Source: Burkholderiales bacterium
GTDB lineage: Bacteria > Pseudomonadota > Gammaproteobacteria > Burkholderiales > Eutrophovitaceae
Reading direction: 5' to 3'
NCBI GenBank assembly: GCA_035528435.1
Contig: DATKYN010000141.1
Coordinates: 7,939-71,938 of the forward strand
Length of the DNA: 64,000 bases
Shown: positions 36,244 to 43,999 of the stretch, piece by piece
Layout of the letters: every line of letters starts with the position of its first letter
How positions within the stretch are numbered: position 1 is the first letter of the stretch
Program-made: the position numbers and the translations under genes
The notes under the pieces: model-generated
The model's database searches: none
Told to the model about the DNA's origin: nothing
The model's input: only the letters and a program-made list of their open reading frames with translations

Positions 36244-36663
36244 ATGGCAAATACGATACAGGTAGAAGTAGTAAGCGCCGAAGAGTCGGTTTACTCGGGT
36301 GAAGCGTCTTTTGTCGTCCTCCCCGGCGAATCCGGCGAACTCGGAATCTATCCCCGCCATACGCCTCTGATCACGCGTATCAAACCCGGTGCCATTCGCA
36401 TCCAGCCCAGCGGCGGCGGTGAAGAGCAGCTGATCTTTGTTGCCGGAGGTATCCTCGAAGTCCAGCCTGCGATGGTGACCGTGCTTGCAGACACCGCGAT
36501 TCGAGGACACGACCTGGACGAGGCAAAGGCGCTGGAAGCCAAACAGCGAGCCGAAGAAGCACTCCGCAGTGCCACCGACAAGCAGGAAATCGCTGTCGTG
36601 GAGGGCGAACTAGCAATGTTGGCAGCTCAACTCGCCGCGATTCGCAAGCTACGCAGACACTAG
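36244..36663 (+). CDS. atpC: F0F1 ATP synthase subunit epsilon
   Basis: 139 aa with [15 protein letters not shown]..., in the last position of the operon. Confidence 0.93.
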   Translation: MANTIQVEVVSAEESVYSGEASFVVLPGESGELGIYPRHTPLITRIKPGAIRIQPSGGGEEQLIFVAGGILEVQPAMVTVLADTAIRGHDLDEAKALEAKQRAEEALRSATDKQEIAVVEGELAMLAAQLAAIRKLRRH

Positions 36664-36715
36664 CGCGCATTCCTCAACGCTACATCGGCGCGGCACCTCA
36701 CAGGCGCCGGTTCTG

Positions 36716-36747
36716 AAAAAGAGCAGCAATCACGCTGCTCTTTTTTT
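36716..36747 (+). terminator. Rho-independent terminator of the atp operon
   Basis: AAAAA-GAGCAGC-aatcac-GCTGCTC-TTTTTTT. A second GC hairpin (CGGCGC...GCGCCG) lies just upstream at about 36687-36710. Confidence 0.8.
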
Positions 36748-36856
36748 GTTTCTGTGTATCCGTCACAATTGGAAAGCTGTGATATTGCCGGACGTCGGCA
36801 CCGGGTACTCTGCTTTGATGACTTACCCGGAAGCAAATGCGTTTACTGAGGCCATT

Positions 36857-38014
36857 ATGAAACTGAATCGGGCAACACTGATTACCACTTTGCTTGTCTT
36901 TCTCCTAGCCGGCTGTTCATCGGAGAAAGACACCGTCAAGATCGCCTTTATTGGTCCGCTCACCGGAGGCGTATCCGCAAATGGCCTCGGCGGAAGAAAT
37001 TCCGCAGAGCTCGCCGTCAGACTGCACAACGCCGAATCGTCCGGTAATTACACGTACGAACTGGTTGCGCTTGATGACGAGTGCAAGCCGAATATTGGCG
37101 TGCAGGTAGCGACAAAAGTAGCCGCTGACAAGGACGTCATTGCCGGAGTCACTCATTACTGCTCTGCCGTTGCCATGGGAACGGTCGATGTCTATCACAA
37201 GTTCGGTTTGCCGGTCGTCGTATGGGGTGCAGTACTGCCCGACATCACCTACGGCAACGACTACAAGGAAGTGCACCGCGTCAATGGCACGATGATCAAC
37301 CAGAATGAGGTCGCCGCAGATTTCATGCTGGAACAGGGTTACAAGAAATGGGTCATCATTCATGACACCACTGACTATGGAAAAGGTCACAACCGGTACT
37401 TCTCGAAATCTCTTGTTGCCAAGGGTGGGAGAATTCTCGGCACGTTCGGCGTCAGTTCGGACCAGCAGGACTTTAACGCCGAACTCACCAAGGTCAAGGA
37501 ACTCAATCCTGATGTCATATATTTCGGGGGGCTGGCGCCAACCGGTGTGCGATTGCGTTCGCAGATGGAAAAGCTCGGTATCGATGCCGTTTTTCAGGGT
37601 ACATCCGGAATAGTCTCGGATGCCTTCATTGAAGGCCTGGGCCCTTTGTCGGAGGGCGTGATTGCGTTTCGTGAGGGCGCACCGGTGGAGAATCTGCCCG
37701 GTGGTGAAGGTTTTCTGGTGCGGTACGACCAGCAGGGATTCGGCGAACCACCCGAAGCCTATGGCGCTTTTGCGTTCGCTGCAACCCAGCTCATCATCGA
37801 TGCAATCGAGAAAGTCGGTCCCGACCGCGCCGCAGTGAAGCAGGAACTGAATACAACGCGCGACCACGATTCCATTGTTGGACTCATTACGTTCGATGAC
37901 AACGGCCAGAACACGGTTGCCCTGATTACCCGCTATGTCATTCAGGACGGAGACTGGGTCGTCTGGGAACAGAGCGAATACGCTCAAGGCGAGCGCTCGC
38001 TGCAAAAACGCTAA
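36857..38014 (+). CDS. Liv-type (type I periplasmic binding fold) ABC substrate-binding lipoprotein
   Basis: A lipobox signal (LLVFLLAGCSS) is followed by IAFIGPLTGGVSANG, typical of LivJ/K-like Peripla_BP_6 proteins. I chose the start at 36857. Confidence 0.85.
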   Translation: MKLNRATLITTLLVFLLAGCSSEKDTVKIAFIGPLTGGVSANGLGGRNSAELAVRLHNAESSGNYTYELVALDDECKPNIGVQVATKVAADKDVIAGVTHYCSAVAMGTVDVYHKFGLPVVVWGAVLPDITYGNDYKEVHRVNGTMINQNEVAADFMLEQGYKKWVIIHDTTDYGKGHNRYFSKSLVAKGGRILGTFGVSSDQQDFNAELTKVKELNPDVIYFGGLAPTGVRLRSQMEKLGIDAVFQGTSGIVSDAFIEGLGPLSEGVIAFREGAPVENLPGGEGFLVRYDQQGFGEPPEAYGAFAFAATQLIIDAIEKVGPDRAAVKQELNTTRDHDSIVGLITFDDNGQNTVALITRYVIQDGDWVVWEQSEYAQGERSLQKR

Positions 38015-38033
38015 CGACTACCGGCACAAGGTC

Positions 38034-38951
38034 ATGGATCCGGGATTCATCGCGCAATACTTGCTTAACGGCATCGTGCTGGGCGTGATCTACGCCATGG
38101 TTGCAGTCGGATTTACATTGTTCTTTGGTGTGCTCGACGTCATCAAGTTTTCTCATGGTGACGTGGTAATGGCGGGAGCATTCACTGCTCTGGCAACCTA
38201 TGCCGGACTTGAGTATCTCGGTGTCGGTGATGGCGCGATTGCTGCCATTGTAATCACGGTAATGGGAATCGCCGCCATGGCCGTGCTCGGTGCGGTGCTG
38301 GCGAAGCTTCTGATTTTGCCCCTGCGCGAGGCTCCACCACTCAACACCTTGCTGATTACCCTGATGTTCGGGCTCGCCTTGCGCGAGTCGGTGCGACTGT
38401 TCTATCCGAACGGCTCAAACCCGAAACCGTTTCCGCAACTGTTGCCGGACGCAGCAATGACCATCGGTAACCTCGAACTACGTCTCGACAGCGTACTGTT
38501 GATTGTCCTGGGTCTGGGTGCGATCGTCGCGGTGCACCTGATGATTCAGCGCAGTCGTATCGGCCTGGCCATACGCGCTGTCGCGCAGGATCCCGAAACG
38601 GCTCGCCTCATGGGAATCAACTTCGAGCGCGTCGTGTTGATGACGTTTGCCCTCGGCTCCGCGCTGGCCGCGCTGGCGGGGATTACCAATGGCTTGTATT
38701 ACAGCGAAGTGAATTTTGGAATGGGTCTGCTGCTCGGCGTGATCGGTTTCAGTGCTGCCGTTGTGGGTGGCCTGGGAAGTCTCTATGGCGCGATTATCGG
38801 TGGATTTCTATTCGCTGCGTTGCAGACAATAGGTGCAGTCTGGTTTTCCGTGCCTGCCTACAAGGATGTGTTTGCATTTGCATGCATCATCGTCCTGATG
38901 GCCTGGAAGCCCACCGGACTTCTTGCAGACAAGTCAGCGGAACGCGTCTGA
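38034..38951 (+). CDS. Branched-chain-amino-acid-type ABC permease (LivH family)
   Basis: The N-terminus is QYLLNGIVLGVIYAMVAVGFTLFFGV. The protein is multi-TM, and its position follows the binding protein. Confidence 0.85.
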   Translation: MDPGFIAQYLLNGIVLGVIYAMVAVGFTLFFGVLDVIKFSHGDVVMAGAFTALATYAGLEYLGVGDGAIAAIVITVMGIAAMAVLGAVLAKLLILPLREAPPLNTLLITLMFGLALRESVRLFYPNGSNPKPFPQLLPDAAMTIGNLELRLDSVLLIVLGLGAIVAVHLMIQRSRIGLAIRAVAQDPETARLMGINFERVVLMTFALGSALAALAGITNGLYYSEVNFGMGLLLGVIGFSAAVVGGLGSLYGAIIGGFLFAALQTIGAVWFSVPAYKDVFAFACIIVLMAWKPTGLLADKSAERV

Positions 38952-38955
38952 GCCG

Positions 38956-40113
38956 ATGAAATTCAAACGCAAAAGCTTCTGGCCGGTTATTGTTACCGCG
39001 TTATCCGCAGCCTTGTTCGTTCTGCTCTTTTTGTACCTTGAGCACGAATGGGAAATTGCGCTGCTTGCAGTTGGCCTGGTTGCCGTGCTTTTCTTCTCGG
39101 CGCGATTCGGGTTACTGGCGCGCGTCGAAACCGCCGCCTCCGACCATCCGCGTACGACGATCCTGGTCAATGTTGTTTCGGCGTTGCTGGTGATTGTTTT
39201 TCTGCGTGAGGAACATTTTGCTTTGCTCATGCTCGCGACGGTGTTTCTGTATGTCACCATCTGTCTTGGTCTGACCCTGCAATTCGGCTATGCCGGCATT
39301 GTCAATTTCGCCGGCATAGCATTCTTCGGCATCGGCTCCTACACAGCGGCAGTCCTGGCCGTGCACAGTCCGCTACCGCATTTGCTGGTTATCCTCGTTT
39401 CCGGGCTTGTCGCCGGACTCATTGGATCGTTGCTGATTCTCCCCATGCTCAGAACGCGAGGCCATTACGCCGCGCTGGTCACTATTGCGTTCGGCATCCT
39501 GTTTCGAACGTTTCTGGAAGTGAATGATTTGCTGGGTGGTCCACAGGGGCTGAAAGTCCCTGGCATGCAATTGTTCGGCTGGTCGCTAAACGACAATATT
39601 TCGCTCGGTCCACTTGGCATGATTTCCTTTTACGCTTCGTACGCGGTTATCTCTTTGCTGTTGGCGGCCGGTGCTTACACGCTGATCAAACGCCTTGAAC
39701 GTTCCTGGCTTGGCTTGAATCTCGATGCTGTACGAACCGACGAAACTGCGGCTGCGTCCTTTGGAATTGACCTGCCTCGCTGGAAAATATTCGCCTTCAC
39801 AGCTGGAAATTGTCTCGCGGGTGTGGCGGGCGGTGTCTACGCGATGATGTCGGGTTTCATCGCGCCTGCCAGTTTCAACTTCGGTGATTCCCTGCTGCTT
39901 GTGTCCATTGTCCTGCTCGGAGGCAGTGGTAATCCGCTGGGAGTATTGCCGGCAGCGCTACTGGTGGTCGTGTTGCCCGAGAAGCTGCAGATCATCCAGG
40001 AGTACCGGTTGTTGTTGTTTGCGGTACTCGTGATTCTGATTCTGCGTTTTCGGCCCGAGGGGCTGCTGCCTCGAAGAATACGGGAGTATTACGCCGGCTG
40101 GGGACGCTCTTGA
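38956..40113 (+). CDS. Branched-chain-amino-acid-type ABC permease (LivM family)
   Basis: A multi-TM protein with the LivM-like core (LTLQFGYAGIVNFAGIAFFGIGSY). I chose the start at 38956, just after the LivH stop. Confidence 0.85.
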   Translation: MKFKRKSFWPVIVTALSAALFVLLFLYLEHEWEIALLAVGLVAVLFFSARFGLLARVETAASDHPRTTILVNVVSALLVIVFLREEHFALLMLATVFLYVTICLGLTLQFGYAGIVNFAGIAFFGIGSYTAAVLAVHSPLPHLLVILVSGLVAGLIGSLLILPMLRTRGHYAALVTIAFGILFRTFLEVNDLLGGPQGLKVPGMQLFGWSLNDNISLGPLGMISFYASYAVISLLLAAGAYTLIKRLERSWLGLNLDAVRTDETAAASFGIDLPRWKIFAFTAGNCLAGVAGGVYAMMSGFIAPASFNFGDSLLLVSIVLLGGSGNPLGVLPAALLVVVLPEKLQIIQEYRLLLFAVLVILILRFRPEGLLPRRIREYYAGWGRS

Positions 40114-40886
40114 CCAGTCCGGTACTCACGGTTGATGGCCTCACTGTGCGCTTTGGCGGACTCACTGCGCTTGACCGATTACAGTTTGAACTCAGTGCAG
40201 GAGATTTTGTCGGGCTGATCGGGCCCAATGGCTCCGGCAAGACCACTTTCTTCAATGCGCTAACCGGCATTTACACCCCCGCGTCAGGCAATGTAGTGCT
40301 TTCGGGAGAAGACATCACCGGTTTGCCGCCGCAGAAAATCTATGACGTGGGCATTACACGAACATTTCAGCGCCTGCGGCTTGCACCAACGTTGTCGGTA
40401 TTCGATAACCTGATGATCGGTAATCATCGAAATCTTGATCACGGCATTGTCGCCAACCTGTTCAGACGCAAGCGCCTGAAGCTTGAAATCGAAGACAATG
40501 TCGAGAAAAGCCGCTTGTTGCTGGAACAGTTCAGCGCCCCTCTGGCCTCGCGCCTGTTCGATCCGGTGTCGCAGTTGACGATGATTGACCGGCGCCGTGT
40601 CGAAGTCTGCCGTGCCTTGATCAGCGAGCCCGGGATACTTTTGCTTGATGAACCGTCTGCTGGCATGACACACGAAGAAACACGCGAGCTGATGGACGAC
40701 CTGCTGGCATCGCGCGAGCGCATGCCCGGACTCGCCATCGTGCTGATCGAGCATGAGATGGGTGTCATTGAGCGCGTTACAGACCGTTGCGTTGTGCTCA
40801 ATTACGGCGAGAAAATCGCCGAGGGCAGCTATCAGGAAGTGGCTCGTGACAGTGATGTTCGCGCTGCCTACCTCGGAGACGATTGA
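40110..40886 (+). CDS. ABC ATP-binding protein (LivG family)
   Basis: Walker A GPNGSGKTT, then LLLDEPSAGM and the C-terminal AYLG. The start overlaps the permease stop. Confidence 0.9.
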   Translation: MTSPVLTVDGLTVRFGGLTALDRLQFELSAGDFVGLIGPNGSGKTTFFNALTGIYTPASGNVVLSGEDITGLPPQKIYDVGITRTFQRLRLAPTLSVFDNLMIGNHRNLDHGIVANLFRRKRLKLEIEDNVEKSRLLLEQFSAPLASRLFDPVSQLTMIDRRRVEVCRALISEPGILLLDEPSAGMTHEETRELMDDLLASRERMPGLAIVLIEHEMGVIERVTDRCVVLNYGEKIAEGSYQEVARDSDVRAAYLGDD

Positions 40887-40889
40887 GCG

Positions 40890-41603
40890 GTGAGCAACGA
40901 ATTGATGATTCAAAACGTTGTCAGCGGCTACGACGAGGCTGATGTTCTCAGCGGGGTCTCTCTCGAGGTGCCTGAAAAGCAGATAACCTGTTTGCTTGGG
41001 TCTAACGGCGCCGGAAAGACGACACTGATTCGCGCTATTCTGGGCCTGACACCCGCGCGCAGCGGCCGCATCTGTTTCGGGCAAACGGATATAACCCATG
41101 AACCGACCCATCGAATTGTCGGCCTCGGGGTGACCTGTATTCCCGAAGGACGACGGGTGTTCCCGCGCATGAGCGTGACGGAGAATCTCAGGGTCGGTGC
41201 CTATACGGGTACCGACCGGCAAGCAATCGAAAGACGGTTCGATGAAGTGTTCGCTATTTTCCCGCGGTTGCGCGAGCGTGCCGATCAGCTTGCCGGAACC
41301 ATGTCAGGCGGCGAGCAGGCGATGTTGTCAATTGGCAGAGGATTGATGAGCGGGCCCAAACTGTTGATTGTCGATGAGCCATCGCTGGGCTTGTCGCCAT
41401 TGTTCGTCAAGGAAAATTTCAAGGTGATCCAGCGTATTAACGAACTCGGTGTTACGGTTTTGCTGGTCGAACAGAATGTGCGGCAAACGCTGGCGATTGC
41501 GCATCGAGGCTATGTATTGTCCCAGGGCCGCATTGTGGCGCAGGGCGATGCTGCGCAGTTGCGAGACAACGAGGAAGTCCGGGCCGCATACTTCGGCAGC
41601 TGA
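40890..41603 (+). CDS. ABC ATP-binding protein (LivF family)
   Basis: Walker A GSNGAGKTT, the signature MSGGEQAML, then LIVDEPSLGL and the C-terminal AYFG. The start codon is GTG. Confidence 0.9.
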   Translation: MSNELMIQNVVSGYDEADVLSGVSLEVPEKQITCLLGSNGAGKTTLIRAILGLTPARSGRICFGQTDITHEPTHRIVGLGVTCIPEGRRVFPRMSVTENLRVGAYTGTDRQAIERRFDEVFAIFPRLRERADQLAGTMSGGEQAMLSIGRGLMSGPKLLIVDEPSLGLSPLFVKENFKVIQRINELGVTVLLVEQNVRQTLAIAHRGYVLSQGRIVAQGDAAQLRDNEEVRAAYFGS

Positions 41604-41670
41604 GATTCATGTTTTACACGTGAGAAATTTTCAGATCACGTACGCATTGGAATGCAAAGGGGAGAATGAA

Positions 41671-42801
41671 ATGGCCAAGCCAGTCAATGCAGTGGAGTTG
41701 ACCAAACAGATCGTGCGGATGAACACGATTAACCCGCCAGGAGACGAAGAGGCATGTGCCCGTGTTCTGGGATCGTTGCTGGAGTCTGCCGGCTGCACAG
41801 TCGCGTACCACAAGCTTGGTGACAAGCGCGCGAGCCTGGTTGCCCGTATCGGAGGCAGCAGTGACAAGGCGCCTCTGTGTCTGACCGGGCATATCGACAC
41901 GGTACCGTTAGGCGCAGCCCCCTGGAGCAAGGATCCCTTTGCTGGCGAAACCGCTGATGGCCGGTTGTATGGTCGCGGTACCAGTGACATGAAGTGTGGC
42001 GTAGCGGCTTTCGTAGCGGCAACAGTCTCACTCGCGGCGAAGCTCGAGCGTTCACCCGGTCTCGAGCTGGTCATTACAGCCGGCGAGGAAGTCGGTTGCG
42101 AGGGCGCGTTCGATCTGGTTCGTCGTCAAGGTGCGCTCGGCCGCGCAGGAGCAGTGCTGGTAGGTGAGCCGACCTCGAATTTCCCGTACGTTGGACACAA
42201 GGGCGCGTTCTGGCTGTGCGCAAAAACGCATGGCGTCACCGCCCACGGCTCGATGCCGGAACGCGGCGACAATGCTGTATACAAGGCGGCCCGCGCCATC
42301 ACGGCGCTGGAGAATTTCCGGTTCGACAATCCCCCGCACGAGATGATGGGTCAGGCAACGCTTAATGTTGGTACCGTGCGTGGCGGGCTCAATATCAACT
42401 CGGTTCCGGATGAAGCCGCAATTGAAATCGATATTCGCAGCGTGCCAACATCGCGCCACGATGCCATCCGGAAAGCACTGCAGGAACGATTGGGCAGCGA
42501 GGTTGATCTCGAACCGATTATCGATCTCGAAAGCGTCTACAGTGAACCCGATCACGTTTGGATTCAGAAGCTGTTCGACATTACCCAAACCTATCTGGGC
42601 GCCCGCCCGGAACCAAAGGTGGCGACGTATTTCACTGACGCTGCGGCACTGACACCCGCATACGGCAATCCGCCGACGGTGATCCTCGGTCCCGGAGAAC
42701 CGCAAATGGCGCACCAGACCGACGAATACTGCGTTATCGAACGCGTCGCATCTTCGGTCAGTCTGTATGAACAGGTCATCGCCGACTGGTGTGGCGTCTG
42801 A
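41671..42801 (+). CDS. M20-family metallo-amidohydrolase (ArgE/DapE/ACY1 type)
   Basis: Metal and catalytic motifs are present: LTGHIDTVP, GRGTSDMKCGVAA, AGEEVGCEGA and VTAHGSMPERGDNA. An AAGGGGAG Shine-Dalgarno sequence precedes the ATG at 41671. The longer ORF from 41449 overlaps livF and is unlikely. Confidence 0.8.
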   Translation: MAKPVNAVELTKQIVRMNTINPPGDEEACARVLGSLLESAGCTVAYHKLGDKRASLVARIGGSSDKAPLCLTGHIDTVPLGAAPWSKDPFAGETADGRLYGRGTSDMKCGVAAFVAATVSLAAKLERSPGLELVITAGEEVGCEGAFDLVRRQGALGRAGAVLVGEPTSNFPYVGHKGAFWLCAKTHGVTAHGSMPERGDNAVYKAARAITALENFRFDNPPHEMMGQATLNVGTVRGGLNINSVPDEAAIEIDIRSVPTSRHDAIRKALQERLGSEVDLEPIIDLESVYSEPDHVWIQKLFDITQTYLGARPEPKVATYFTDAAALTPAYGNPPTVILGPGEPQMAHQTDEYCVIERVASSVSLYEQVIADWCGV

Positions 42802-43999
42802 CGCGTCGTGTGAGTCGTATTCTGCGGTGAAGACAGAAGCCGGATATCAAGCGTTGTTTGATCCGGGCGCGCGACTGGTCGAAACGGCGGGCGCGCTAAC
42901 GCTGGTCGAAGGTAAGTGTGATGGGCAGGTGTTGCGCGCCGCATTGACAGATCGAGCAGTTGCGGGAGGATCGTTTGGCGTCGAAGAGAGCGAGGCGCTT
43001 ACGAAGCATCTGCTTCGCAGCCACGACGATGGTACGCCCTTTGTTCTGATACTTGATTCGGCCGGCGCGCGGCTGGACGCCGGACTGGCGGGGTTGGGCG
43101 CTTTCCGCCGTCTCTATCGCGCTGCTCTTGATGTTCGCCTTGCCGGTGTTCCGATGGCCGCGCTGCTGGAACGCGACTGTTTCGGCGGGGCCAGTATGCT
43201 GGCAATGCTATGCCCGGTACGAGGCGCAATCCAAAGCGCACGAATCGGCATGTCCGGACCCGGCATCGTTGCAGCACTTTCAGGCGGGCAGGACCTTGAT
43301 GCATACGACCGTGATGCGGTTCGGGCGCTCTTTGGCGCACCGTCGCGAGCGCGGGCCGGTGCGATAGACTTCCTCTTCGATTCGAACACGCCACGACACG
43401 AAGCGCTGGCCCAGTTGCTTGGGCTTGCCATGAGCAAAAAAGCCGGGCTTGGTGCTCAGCACCAGATACTCGAAAAACGGTTGCGTGAAGCGGGCATCGA
43501 AACCGGTACGCCGGTGCTGGATAACGTGGCCGAATTGTTCCGTCGTGGAATTCCGGTCGGTGCTGCCGAACTCTGGCAACTCTCCGATGCAGTTCTTTCA
43601 TGCCAGCCCGGCGAGATCCTCGAGCTGGAAATTGACTGTCCCGGTCAGGCCGCATCGTCGCGCGACGAGTCATTGGTACTGTCCGAATATGTAGCGCACC
43701 TGGCTCTTTGTCTGCGTGAGCGTTATCACTGCGGTGTCGAAATTGTCATGCGTATCGAAGGAGAATCGGCCGGAGGGATCTATGTAGCGTTGGCGGCCGG
43801 TGCACAACGGGTCGAGGCAACGCCGATGGCGAATGTGCGGGTGTTGCCGGCTCGGGCAATAGAAGTCGTTTTGGGAAAGTTCCTGCCCGACGAATCACTC
43901 GCCGATGCCCTTGTGGCAGGCATTGTCGATTTTATCGTGCCGATTCGCGGATGCAGCGCTGCCGTGCCGGCAGTTCGACTCGGGAGCAGCAATGAATAA
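42767..43999 (+). CDS. Fused MdcD-like/MdcE-like carboxyltransferase (biotin-independent malonate decarboxylase beta+gamma-type domains in one compact polypeptide)
   Basis: The N-terminal half (GGSFGVEESEALTKHLL..FVLILDSAGARLDAGLAGLGAF..CFGGASMLAMLC..ARIGMSGPGIV) follows the MdcD/acyl-CoA carboxyltransferase pattern. The C-terminal half (IDCPGQAASSRDESLVLSEYVAHLA...GESAGGIYVALAAGAQRV) follows the MdcE pattern. The start is uncertain (ATG 42767, GTG 42791 or GTG 42827). The assignment comes from recalled motifs only. Confidence 0.6.
   Translation: MNRSSPTGVASDASCESYSAVKTEAGYQALFDPGARLVETAGALTLVEGKCDGQVLRAALTDRAVAGGSFGVEESEALTKHLLRSHDDGTPFVLILDSAGARLDAGLAGLGAFRRLYRAALDVRLAGVPMAALLERDCFGGASMLAMLCPVRGAIQSARIGMSGPGIVAALSGGQDLDAYDRDAVRALFGAPSRARAGAIDFLFDSNTPRHEALAQLLGLAMSKKAGLGAQHQILEKRLREAGIETGTPVLDNVAELFRRGIPVGAAELWQLSDAVLSCQPGEILELEIDCPGQAASSRDESLVLSEYVAHLALCLRERYHCGVEIVMRIEGESAGGIYVALAAGAQRVEATPMANVRVLPARAIEVVLGKFLPDESLADALVAGIVDFIVPIRGCSAAVPAVRLGSSNE

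Noticed and set aside
36917-38005. A 362-aa ORF on the minus strand spanning almost the whole substrate-binding-protein gene.
   Set aside because: It is exactly antisense to a gene with a lipobox signal and clear Peripla_BP-type motifs. Its own translation shows no recognisable motifs. Long antisense ORFs are expected in GC-rich coding DNA.
40284-41222. A 312-aa minus-strand ORF across the livG/livF-type ATPase genes.
   Set aside because: It is antisense to two ABC ATPases with intact Walker A, signature and Walker B motifs and has no motifs of its own. This is a typical shadow ORF. The same reasoning applies to 58011-58898, 51493-52290, 42052-42714, 42999-43673, 21590-22132, 11449-12015, 31396-32058, 45388-46005 and 49271-49924.
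41609-41628. ATGTTTTACACGTGAGAAAT resembles parS at first glance.
   Set aside because: It has an extra base in the left arm and a mismatched right arm (GAGAAA instead of GAAACA), so it is not a parS. It is kept only as part of the inverted repeat reported separately.
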